A stretch of 64,000 nt of DNA from an uncultured virus (IMG/VR IMGVR_UViG_3300042465_003390) (taxonomy: Duplodnaviria; Heunggongvirae; Uroviricota; Caudoviricetes): the IMG/VR virus record IMGVR_UViG_3300042465_003390, one strand, 5' to 3'. The position numbers and the translations under genes were made by a program. Numbering within the stretch: position 1 is the first letter of the stretch; every line of letters begins with the position of its first letter. Of the stretch, positions 56,668-64,000 are shown in pieces. The notes beneath the pieces are model-generated. The model had not been told where the DNA came from. It saw nothing but the letters and a program-made list of their open reading frames with translations, and made no database searches.

Positions 56668-58586
56668 CAGCGTCTACCATCAGGCCTGATATCAATACTT
56701 GGCGAACCAAGTCTCCATCCAACCCCCGTCGTCAAGGACTCAACCCGGAGCGCCATCGATCTGCCCCGCAGTCTGACATACACCTGATTGGTGAACTGTT
56801 CGACTGGGGTTGATGATGTCTTGGTGACAATCTCGTTGTCATCCTGAAGATAAGCACCGCCGGGGAAGTTTCGTGCCTTCATTGTGAACACCACAGATGG
56901 TGATGTTGCGCTAGAATTCCTGAAGGTGATGTCAGGGATCAAACGGCCAACGAAGCTAAAGTTATTGCCATCAGCGATGTCAAACGGGCTTGACTCGATG
57001 TAGGCATTGATTGCCGTAGCGGGCGACGTGCTGCCGTCGTCAAAACCGCTCTCATGGTAGTACAGGTAGCCATCCAAGCCCGCAGCTATTGGAAGCCCAA
57101 AAACGCCACGGTCGATCCACGCGCTGCGCGCTATCGATCCGTAATACCAGATGTTCTGTTCGTAGTTATAAACGACATAGCGATCTAGTACGTTGCTGTT
57201 GGCTGATGGGTAGAACCACCAGATTTCAGCAAACGATGCATTGGTAGAGCAGAAGACTTTCTCGATTTGATTCGAGTTGAAATCTGAGAAAACATAGTCC
57301 CTGACAGAACAAGGAAGCTTCTGCACAGAGCCGTTGTAAACATAAAACTCTGTTTGCCCCATCCAGTAGACAGTGTCATCTACAGCTACAATTGCATTCG
57401 GCCCAGCAATGGTTGTGCCCTCTGCCATCATATTAATGCCGAATGTAAACGGCGGGCCGAGGTACTGCATCGCGTGAACTGAGATGTCTGTCAGCACGAG
57501 TATCTGCTGGCGCGTTTCAACGGCAGTAACGATTCGCGATCCAGAACCAATGAGCAAATCACCTGCTGTGTTTGTAGTTGTTGGAGTCCAGTCTGCTGCG
57601 TTTTCTTGATCGGAGAAACGGATGAGCAACGGGTCTTGCGTTGATGAGCCAAGTGGGTTGCACCCAAAGGCGATAACATGCCTATCCACATCAGAAACAA
57701 TAATCTTGGCAGCAACAGTTGGAGCGTTGCTGGCACCACTCAGTGCCGTCAATGGAACGGCTCTCTGCGCAAGGGGTGTTGCTACAGAAGCATCCCAGTA
57801 ATAGATGCCACCATTATAGATGTTCATGATGAGGTCTTCACCGAAGTTGTCGTGCGACCATACGCGAAGCGTATCCGTCAAGGCGTCAATGGATGCGCCG
57901 GAGCCCCAAGTGCCACGGCCCCAAAATGACGCTCCCCATCCGTTCCCATAAAGGGAAGTGTTGAGACCAGTATTGATCTGATAGGCACCAACAACAGACG
58001 CGCCACCATCTCCGCTGTCAGATGCGTTGGCAAGCACAGGCACGGGTGTGTACTGCCCATCAACTGTAATGTCCGCCACTGTGTTCACAGCACGAGCGAC
58101 AATGGTGTATGAGTTGTCGTTGACGATTGTTGCAATCTGATACTCTTGGTTCAGGATTGCGGCGGTGATGTTGCCACCTAAGCTGGTGGCGCCCGTGAAG
58201 GTGACAAAGTCGCCAGCGACAGCACCATGTGCCGTGTCAGAAATCGTAAGAACAGATGATCCGTCAGTTGCAGCAAAGGTCACACCTCCGGCAGTTGTCG
58301 TTGCCCTGATTGGTGTGATGTCGTAGTAGCCTTCACCTTCTTCGATGTAGTACTTGAGGTTCGTGCCAAGACCCAGATAGTTGTCTAGGTTAATTGTTCG
58401 CCACGAATGCAGAGCACGGCACGTTCCCAAGAAGGATTTCAGGCCAAGCCGAACCCAACCGCCAATCTTCTCTGGATAACCAGCGCGAAAGCGCATCTTG
58501 TCCACGTCAAACCAGCCACCCTCATTACTGTATGAGGTTGATTCACGGTTGATGCCGGGCTGGAACTGGAGCTTTGAGAGCGGCAT
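56667..58586 (-). CDS. Tail tubular protein B / stabilisation (nozzle) protein
   Basis: F.PGINRE.T.Y..EGGW...RFR.G.PEKIGGW...IRFSDQE...EIWWFYPS...RLRGR...WRLG...I.PDGRR. Confidence 0.75.
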   Translation of the reverse strand: MPLSKLQFQPGINRESTSYSNEGGWFDVDKMRFRAGYPEKIGGWVRLGLKSFLGTCRALHSWRTINLDNYLGLGTNLKYYIEEGEGYYDITPIRATTTAGGVTFAATDGSSVLTISDTAHGAVAGDFVTFTGATSLGGNITAAILNQEYQIATIVNDNSYTIVARAVNTVADITVDGQYTPVPVLANASDSGDGGASVVGAYQINTGLNTSLYGNGWGASFWGRGTWGSGASIDALTDTLRVWSHDNFGEDLIMNIYNGGIYYWDASVATPLAQRAVPLTALSGASNAPTVAAKIIVSDVDRHVIAFGCNPLGSSTQDPLLIRFSDQENAADWTPTTTNTAGDLLIGSGSRIVTAVETRQQILVLTDISVHAMQYLGPPFTFGINMMAEGTTIAGPNAIVAVDDTVYWMGQTEFYVYNGSVQKLPCSVRDYVFSDFNSNQIEKVFCSTNASFAEIWWFYPSANSNVLDRYVVYNYEQNIWYYGSIARSAWIDRGVFGLPIAAGLDGYLYYHESGFDDGSTSPATAINAYIESSPFDIADGNNFSFVGRLIPDITFRNSSATSPSVVFTMKARNFPGGAYLQDDNEIVTKTSSTPVEQFTNQVYVRLRGRSMALRVESLTTGVGWRLGSPSIDIRPDGRR

Positions 58587-58595
58587 TGTGGCATC

Positions 58596-59345
58596 CTAGA
58601 GCATGGCGTTTGTTTTTGTCATGTCTGCCCGCGTGTACCGCTGATAACCAGAGATTTCAGGCATCGGCACGGTGACAATCTCCGCATTGGTTTCAATGGC
58701 CACGGACGTAGCAACATCCATAAAGGACTGAACGTTTCCTGTTCCTAAGTTATACACGCCGCAAACGTCCAAGTCAAAGAAGCGTTTATGAACCTCAATC
58801 AACCGCTCCACTGGCACAAAGTCTCGGAAAAATCCCTCGCTGCCCTCAAACACCCTGATTACGCCGTCAGCCGCTGCCTGTCTGCGGAACAAACTGTGCG
58901 GCGATGGCTGATCTTTATGATCCTCGTGCGGGCCGTAGACGTTGAAGTAGCGAAAGAGCTGGACGGGAATGCCCCAGTTGTGCCGCTCGACGTATTTCTC
59001 CACGATGAACTTAGACAGCGCGTAAGGGTTCAATGGCTGCGGCTTGTCGGTCTCGACAAAGGTGGTGTTGTCCGGGCCATAGACGGCAGCCGACGAGGCG
59101 ATCTGGATGGGGATGCCACGCTCCTCGCAGGCTGTGATAAGGCGCACGGAGGAGATGACGTTCTGCCGCAGGAGCGCATCCCAATCCCGGCACGCAGTGC
59201 TGCTGATCGCGCCGAGGTGGATGACCCGCTCAATGCCGTCAAGGTTTGGCTCGCCGTCGCCCCACTCGTGGCCTACGGCGTCTGGCAGAGCGGCCAACAT
59301 GTTCTGCCCAATGAAGCCCCTATGTCCGGTGATTAGGATAGGCAT
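58596..59345 (-). CDS. hldD: ADP-L-glycero-D-manno-heptose 6-epimerase-like (extended SDR)
   Basis: ITG..GFIG, HLGAISST, ASSAAVYG, YALSK, RYFNVYGP.EDHK, RDFV.V, YQ.YT.AD. Confidence 0.78.
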   Translation of the reverse strand: MPILITGHRGFIGQNMLAALPDAVGHEWGDGEPNLDGIERVIHLGAISSTACRDWDALLRQNVISSVRLITACEERGIPIQIASSAAVYGPDNTTFVETDKPQPLNPYALSKFIVEKYVERHNWGIPVQLFRYFNVYGPHEDHKDQPSPHSLFRRQAAADGVIRVFEGSEGFFRDFVPVERLIEVHKRFFDLDVCGVYNLGTGNVQSFMDVATSVAIETNAEIVTVPMPEISGYQRYTRADMTKTNAML

Positions 59346-59748
59346 GTGCCAGCCTCGCGCGCTGCAGGGTCGAAGACAGGCCATGCCTCCGGCTGTTGTA
59401 GTGGATGTGGATGCCGAGGCTCTCACAAAGTTCCCGGCCCGTGAAGGGCTTGTCGCGATACTCCTCACCCAAGAACCGAATGTTGGGCCGCACCAAGGCG
59501 ATGATCTGGAGCAGCTCCTCCTCGGTCTGGTACGGTATGATCCTGCCAACGTACTTAATCGCGGAGAGTTGGATATACCGCTCGGAGAGTGGCTGCACGG
59601 GCTTTGACTTCTCAACCCGCTCGGTGCTCGGGTCAACGTGCAGGCCGCAGATCAGCGTGTCGCACAGCGCCGCCGCCTCCTCCAGCATTGAGATATGCCC
59701 GGCATGAATCAAGTCAAAGGCCGACGCCGTGAAGCCTAGAATAGCCAT
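59320..59748 (-). CDS. Cytidylyltransferase (TagD-like)
   Basis: FDLIHAGH (HxGH) and RRHGLSST. Confidence 0.8.
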   Translation of the reverse strand: MAILGFTASAFDLIHAGHISMLEEAAALCDTLICGLHVDPSTERVEKSKPVQPLSERYIQLSAIKYVGRIIPYQTEEELLQIIALVRPNIRFLGEEYRDKPFTGRELCESLGIHIHYNSRRHGLSSTLQRARLAHAYPNHRT

Positions 59749-60038
59749 TGTGCCTTATCATCCACCCATACGTCATACGAAGGCTTGCCCATCCAAAGCT
59801 CGTGGTGCTTGCACCCCCACTCCTCGAGCTGCTGATTTGTCAAAACAGACCAGTCAGTTTTAGAGGTCATGCCTCTGGCCGTCCAATAGACGATGATGTG
59901 GCCCTTGTCGTACAGATCGTTGATCTGCGCAATGCGGGAGGTGAGCGGTTTAGACTTAGTGTAGTCACCGTTTATGGTCAGGCAGATCGTGCCATCGATG
60001 TCGATAACGTACTTCTTGCAGCCGGGATTTGGTGTCAT
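59736..60038 (-). CDS. Minimal HAD phosphatase
   Basis: IDIDGTIC, WTARG, GKP.YD..VDDKA. Confidence 0.8.
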   Translation of the reverse strand: MTPNPGCKKYVIDIDGTICLTINGDYTKSKPLTSRIAQINDLYDKGHIIVYWTARGMTSKTDWSVLTNQQLEEWGCKHHELWMGKPSYDVWVDDKAQWLF

Positions 60039-60763
60039 TGCAGGTCACTCTTCTTGAGTGCATAAACGCCGGGTCTCGTGCAAGCCAGCGCGGCGTAGTG
60101 GTTAGCAGCCATAAGTGCCGAGGGCATGTCGCCCGTCTTGGTAAACTCATAAGCCAGAGCAGCAAGGAACGTGTCCCCCGCACCGCAGACGTCAATGGCA
60201 TCGACGACCGGAGCCGGGAAGTTCTCGTCCTTGTACCAGCAGCCTCCTGCCCCGCAGGTCACGACCAACTCGTCAGGTTCGCTTATGAGTCGCAGCCGCT
60301 CCGCGCTATTGATTTTGTAAATCGGCCCCGACAGAGACTTGAGGTTAGTGAGTTTGGTATCCACGAAGATCGGCCCGTCGAATAGGGCGATGATATCGCG
60401 AAGCACGTCCGCTGTGATGAAGCCCTTGGCATAGTCGGATATGACGACCGCGTCGAATCGCTCATAGTGCTGCCGCTCCCGCACGACATACGGCAAAGAC
60501 TTTGCGTCCATATCGACGCGCAAGAGTTGTGTCACATCGTCATCGGCATAGTACCGGGACTTGCGGGAGTGCGGCGGCGGTGGCCCCTCGAAGACCACAG
60601 AGCAGAAGGCTCGCAAGTTATTGGCGACGTTGGCAGCCATGCCTAGCGTGGCCCGCATATGGGTCTGCTTCATGAGCGGAGCGTCCGATTCCGGGTTCTT
60701 CCGATCAAAGACGCCCATGTAGTGGTGGTCTTCGCACACATCTCCAATGACGAGAATCATCAT
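60035..60763 (-). CDS. PfkB-family kinase, HldA/RfaE domain I-like (heptose-7-phosphate kinase)
   Basis: VIGD...D.Y..G, GMAANVA.NL, SDYAKG, DVCGAGDTFLA. Confidence 0.8.
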   Translation of the reverse strand: MMILVIGDVCEDHHYMGVFDRKNPESDAPLMKQTHMRATLGMAANVANNLRAFCSVVFEGPPPPHSRKSRYYADDDVTQLLRVDMDAKSLPYVVRERQHYERFDAVVISDYAKGFITADVLRDIIALFDGPIFVDTKLTNLKSLSGPIYKINSAERLRLISEPDELVVTCGAGGCWYKDENFPAPVVDAIDVCGAGDTFLAALAYEFTKTGDMPSALMAANHYAALACTRPGVYALKKSDLQ

Positions 60764-61107
60764 GTCTGACTGTCTCCCGGCACAATGCGATAGTTATCAG
60801 CGGCCATGTCCCTGCTAGAAACTTCAATAATGATTCCGGGGCCGGAGATGCAATGCAGTTGGTGAGGCAGGAGCGGCGTATTTCGCCAGACGTCTTGAGG
60901 ATAAAGTTTTCGCGTGGAGAACGTAGCGGTTTCTGTGTCAATAATCGTCAGATCGAAAACGCCCTGCAGGACGTACCACGTCTCGTCCTTGTCCTTGTGG
61001 AAATGCATTGAGAACTTCTTGCCCTGCTCGAAGCACAGAAGTTTCCCACAGTATGTCTCCGTCGAGGCAAAGATTTCCTCGTGCCCCCAGCCCTTTTTGA
61101 CGCGCAT
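60760..61107 (-). CDS. Cupin (sugar-phosphate isomerase-like)
   Basis: V.KGWG.E, SMHFH..KDETWYV..G, PH, IIEVS. Confidence 0.75.
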   Translation of the reverse strand: MRVKKGWGHEEIFASTETYCGKLLCFEQGKKFSMHFHKDKDETWYVLQGVFDLTIIDTETATFSTRKLYPQDVWRNTPLLPHQLHCISGPGIIIEVSSRDMAADNYRIVPGDSQT

Positions 61108-61480
61108 CTTCAATGATCCTTGTTGTGGACTTTTCGGCAATATAGGGGAAGATAACAACCCTTGCCAAGTCTATTCCAACAACATCATCCGCTTCGTAGT
61201 CACCGCCTTTAGTAATGACGTCAGGACGCAGGCTTTTGATCAGCTCGTATGGGGTGTCCTCGTCGAAGATCACCACCTCGTCAACGCAGGCCAGCGCCCG
61301 CAGAACCTCGGCCCGATCCTCTTGAGAATTGATGGGGCGGTCTGATCCCTTGATCCGCCGGACGGATGCGTCAGAGTTCAGGCCGACGACCAGCCTCGTG
61401 CCTAGGGCCTTGGACGCCTGCAGGTATCGGATGTGGCCGACGTGCAGGATGTCGAAGCAGCCGTTGGTGAAGACTAGCAT
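60938..61480 (-). CDS. Heptose-1-phosphate adenylyltransferase, HldC/RfaE domain II-like
   Basis: [42 protein letters not shown]. Confidence 0.88.
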   Translation of the reverse strand: MLVFTNGCFDILHVGHIRYLQASKALGTRLVVGLNSDASVRRIKGSDRPINSQEDRAEVLRALACVDEVVIFDEDTPYELIKSLRPDVITKGGDYEADDVVGIDLARVVIFPYIAEKSTTRIIEDARQKGLGARGNLCLDGDILWETSVLRAGQEVLNAFPQGQGRDVVRPAGRFRSDDY

Positions 61481-62166
61481 GTCAGGTCGTCGTTGCGCTT
61501 CGTGCTGCGGCCCTCTTTCGGGCGGCCCAAGATCGTCGTCTCTTGGTCTTTCACGTCATATGCGAAGACGCCCATCTGGTGAATGGGGAAAATGTCGGCG
61601 CGCAGCAAAATGTCGAGCGGGGCGCTGATGCCGTACTTCAGCACATGGGCCAGCATGTTCTTGGCCACGGCAGGATCGACGGCATAGGCGTGGGCCCGGC
61701 AGATGAAGTGGTAGTTGGGCCCCTCGCTGGCATGCGGCGGCGTCGGCATGACACCCCAGCCTTGGTTCACCTGCTCGTTGCTGCCGAGATAGCAGATCGA
61801 GTTGAAGACGGCATGCTGCGTGTAGGGCTGCACCATGACGGCGTCATGCTCAAGGATCACGAGCGGTCGGTCTTCCAACACGCACTTCTGCCAGAGGCTG
61901 ATGTGGCTCAACGCGCAGGCCACCTCGCCTCGGGTCATGTAGTGGTCGGTGACCTTGACCATGGCAGGCACGCCGCCGTGGTGTGCGGGCGGCTGGATCG
62001 GGTTCTGGATGCCGTCGTAGGCGTCCCAGTATTCCCACGGCATCCCGGCCAAGTCGCAGCTGTCGGCAGCTCTTTGGGCTTTCTCCTCGGACGAGGGGTG
62101 GCCCTTCACGCGGATGATGTGCGCTGCCGACACGCCGAGGTCATAGCTGAAGTTTAGAGAGCGCAA
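61474..62166 (-). CDS. Glycosyltransferase family 25-like
   Basis: [31 protein letters not shown]. Confidence 0.75.
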   Translation of the reverse strand: MRSLNFSYDLGVSAAHIIRVKGHPSSEEKAQRAADSCDLAGMPWEYWDAYDGIQNPIQPPAHHGGVPAMVKVTDHYMTRGEVACALSHISLWQKCVLEDRPLVILEHDAVMVQPYTQHAVFNSICYLGSNEQVNQGWGVMPTPPHASEGPNYHFICRAHAYAVDPAVAKNMLAHVLKYGISAPLDILLRADIFPIHQMGVFAYDVKDQETTILGRPKEGRSTKRNDDLTC

Positions 62167-62169
62167 AGG

Positions 62170-63384
62170 TTATCCTTTGGTGATGGCGGCGATGTGATTG
62201 CTGCCCGCTGCAGCCTGTGTCCAGTTAGTCAAGGCACCAACTTGAACAGGGCTAGAACGAGAAACGCGGTCATTTTGACCAAGTTGGCCACTGCCGTTGC
62301 CCCCCCAAGCCCAAAGAGTACCGTCGGTCTTAACGGCGGCGCAGAAAGAATAACCTGCGGACACCTGCGCCCAGTTTGCAAGCGCGCCAATTTGAACGGG
62401 GCTGGACTTATTTGAAACTGTGCCATCCCCAAGGCGGCCACTGTCACCAGACCCCCAAGCCCAAAGAGTGCCGTCAGTTTTTACAGCGAGTGGGTTTTGT
62501 TCACCCAATCCGACTTTTGACCAGTTTGTAAGTGCCCCAACTTGAACAGGGCTGGAACGGTTGATGACAGTGCCATCGCCAACCGCGCCGTTGTTGTTCG
62601 CACCCCAAGCCCAAATAGTACCGTCGGTTTTTACCGCGACTGAATTAAATGTCCCCGCAGCAACCCGCGCCCAATTTGTAAGAGATCCAACTTGAACCGG
62701 ACTGGATTTACTTATAACAGTTCCATCTCCCAAGCGGCCATTACCGCCAAGACCCCAAGCATACAAAGCGCCCGCAGAAGTCACGGCAAGCGTGTGAAAA
62801 GCCCCGCAAGCCCCAGACGCCCAATTTGTTAAAGCACCAATTTGAACGGGACTGTTTCTGTCTGTTGTGCCGTTGTCCCCTAGTTGACCGTAAGCATTGT
62901 CCCCCCACGTCCACAGTGTACCGTCCGTTTTTGTGGCAAAACTATGTTGCTTTCCTGCGCTGGGAATTGACCAGTTTGTTAGAGCGCCAATTTGCACAGG
63001 GCTGGAGCGGTTGGCGAAGGTTCCATCGCCGAGCTGGCCGTTATTGTTTAAACCCCAACTCCAGATCGTGTTGTCTGTTTTTACAGAAACAAAATGATTT
63101 GCTTCACAGCCTGAGCCAATAACAGACCAGTTTGTAAGAGAACCAATTTGAACGGGGCTAGAGCGGTTGATGATATTGTTTTGGGCGAGTTGGCCAACGC
63201 CATTACTGCCCCACGCATAAAGCTCCCTCGGCAACACAGGCTTCGGCCAAGTATCAGACTTCTCACCAGCCAAGACATCCGCCAGCGTCCAGACGCCAGA
63301 CGCGCTGCCGCCCTCCCCGTCAACAGGCGGAGTGATCGTCGGTGGGGTCTTGCTGATTACGCCGCCGGGATACCGCTCGGACAT
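62170..63384 (-). CDS. RCC1-repeat beta-propeller protein
   Basis: About 7 RCC1 repeats paralogous to those at 664-3219; N-terminal ASGVW.L. Confidence 0.85.
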   Translation of the reverse strand: MSERYPGGVISKTPPTITPPVDGEGGSASGVWTLADVLAGEKSDTWPKPVLPRELYAWGSNGVGQLAQNNIINRSSPVQIGSLTNWSVIGSGCEANHFVSVKTDNTIWSWGLNNNGQLGDGTFANRSSPVQIGALTNWSIPSAGKQHSFATKTDGTLWTWGDNAYGQLGDNGTTDRNSPVQIGALTNWASGACGAFHTLAVTSAGALYAWGLGGNGRLGDGTVISKSSPVQVGSLTNWARVAAGTFNSVAVKTDGTIWAWGANNNGAVGDGTVINRSSPVQVGALTNWSKVGLGEQNPLAVKTDGTLWAWGSGDSGRLGDGTVSNKSSPVQIGALANWAQVSAGYSFCAAVKTDGTLWAWGGNGSGQLGQNDRVSRSSPVQVGALTNWTQAAAGSNHIAAITKG

Positions 63385-63387
63385 GAC

Positions 63388-63819
63388 TTACAGGCCCAGC
63401 GCATCCAGCTCGTCATGCGTAGCCGCAGCCGTGATGGCCACGATGTTCGCATCGCGAGTCGCCTTGGCAGCCGCAGCAACGGCGGCATCGTAGAAGTCAT
63501 CCGGGTTGTCGTTGACCTCCTTCGCCGCCTCGGCGTTCACGACTGCGGTATAGGCAGCCTTCTGCGCCGAGATGAGCATCTCCTGACGCTCCTCGACGCT
63601 CACCTCGCGCGAACCCCAAACAATCTGCGCAGGTTCTGCGTCGATGTTGAAGTGGTGCGCGGTGTAAATCTCGCGGTTCGGGACGATGTCGGGGTGAACC
63701 TCGACAGCCTCACGCCAGCCGGGCTCAGACGCCAGCTTGTCAGCCGACGGCTTGTAGTCCCAGACGTCCGTAACCTGACCGTTCTTGACCCGAATCCAGA
63801 AGCCCGTTTTCGTAGGCAT
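63388..63819 (-). CDS. Hypothetical tail-associated protein
   Basis: AGGAG RBS; in the operon. Confidence 0.6.
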   Translation of the reverse strand: MPTKTGFWIRVKNGQVTDVWDYKPSADKLASEPGWREAVEVHPDIVPNREIYTAHHFNIDAEPAQIVWGSREVSVEERQEMLISAQKAAYTAVVNAEAAKEVNDNPDDFYDAAVAAAAKATRDANIVAITAAATHDELDALGL

Positions 63820-64000
63820 GCTGAAGCTCCTTTTTCAATTCCCCAAAGACTGTCGTCCAGTCCCCATGTCCACTCTGACGGAAGAGGCGAACGCTGTCGT
63901 ACCACTCCGTCCGCTGTCCCGGCTTAGCCCAAAGATAATACGGCAACACCGGAACCACAATCCATGTCGGAACGCCCATGGCACCAGCCAAGTGAGCCAC
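63740..64000 (-). CDS. C-terminus of a GT9 (heptosyltransferase-like) protein (runs off the window end)
   Basis: AHLAGAMGVPTW...W...WYDSVRLFRQ...GDW. Confidence 0.75.
   Translation of the reverse strand: MAHLAGAMGVPTWIVVPVLPYYLWAKPGQRTEWYDSVRLFRQSGHGDWTTVFGELKKELQHAYENGLLDSGQERSGYGRLGLQAVG

Noticed and set aside
59346..59636. N-terminal extension of the epimerase ORF
   Set aside because: It overlaps the cytidylyltransferase gene; the Rossmann motif begins right after ATG 59345.
1..64000. Stop-codon reassignment, tRNA genes, introns or inteins, host/prophage boundary
   Set aside because: Core genes are intact in the standard code with expected sizes; no cloverleaf, splicing motifs, att/integrase or host housekeeping genes were recognised by eye. 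A tRNAscan/Infernal run would be needed to be certain.

Overview
The window is most of a tailed dsDNA phage genome (Caudoviricetes, podovirus-like: P22-type portal, tail tubular proteins, large ejection proteins, no tape-measure gene). An alphaproteobacterial host is plausible, but that is inference only. Minus-strand late modules run from 1-21.1 kb (terminase, portal, GroES, scaffold, capsid, adaptors, RCC1-repeat proteins, sulfotransferase) and from 38.2-64 kb (giant polyvalent ejection protein, other internal proteins, lysis, tail tube B, heptose/glycosylation cluster, a third RCC1 protein). Plus-strand early and recombination genes occupy 21.7-38.2 kb, with a minus-strand primase-helicase and RusA. 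No DNA polymerase, RNA polymerase, integrase, tRNA or CRISPR was recognised. The main observations are: (1) a 3163-aa protein whose zincin protease, zeta-toxin-like kinase and other modules are separated by a recurring [QFY]SR[LM] motif, a candidate self-processing effector polyprotein; (2) an ADP-heptose-type pathway with glycosyltransferases and a sulfotransferase embedded among RCC1 tail genes; (3) two homing endonucleases that captured the N- and C-terminal codons of one small gene; (4) a genome-wide GTTC-N4-GAAC palindrome, a twin iteron-like element and covarying intergenic hairpins. All family assignments come from motif recognition by eye, not from database searches.
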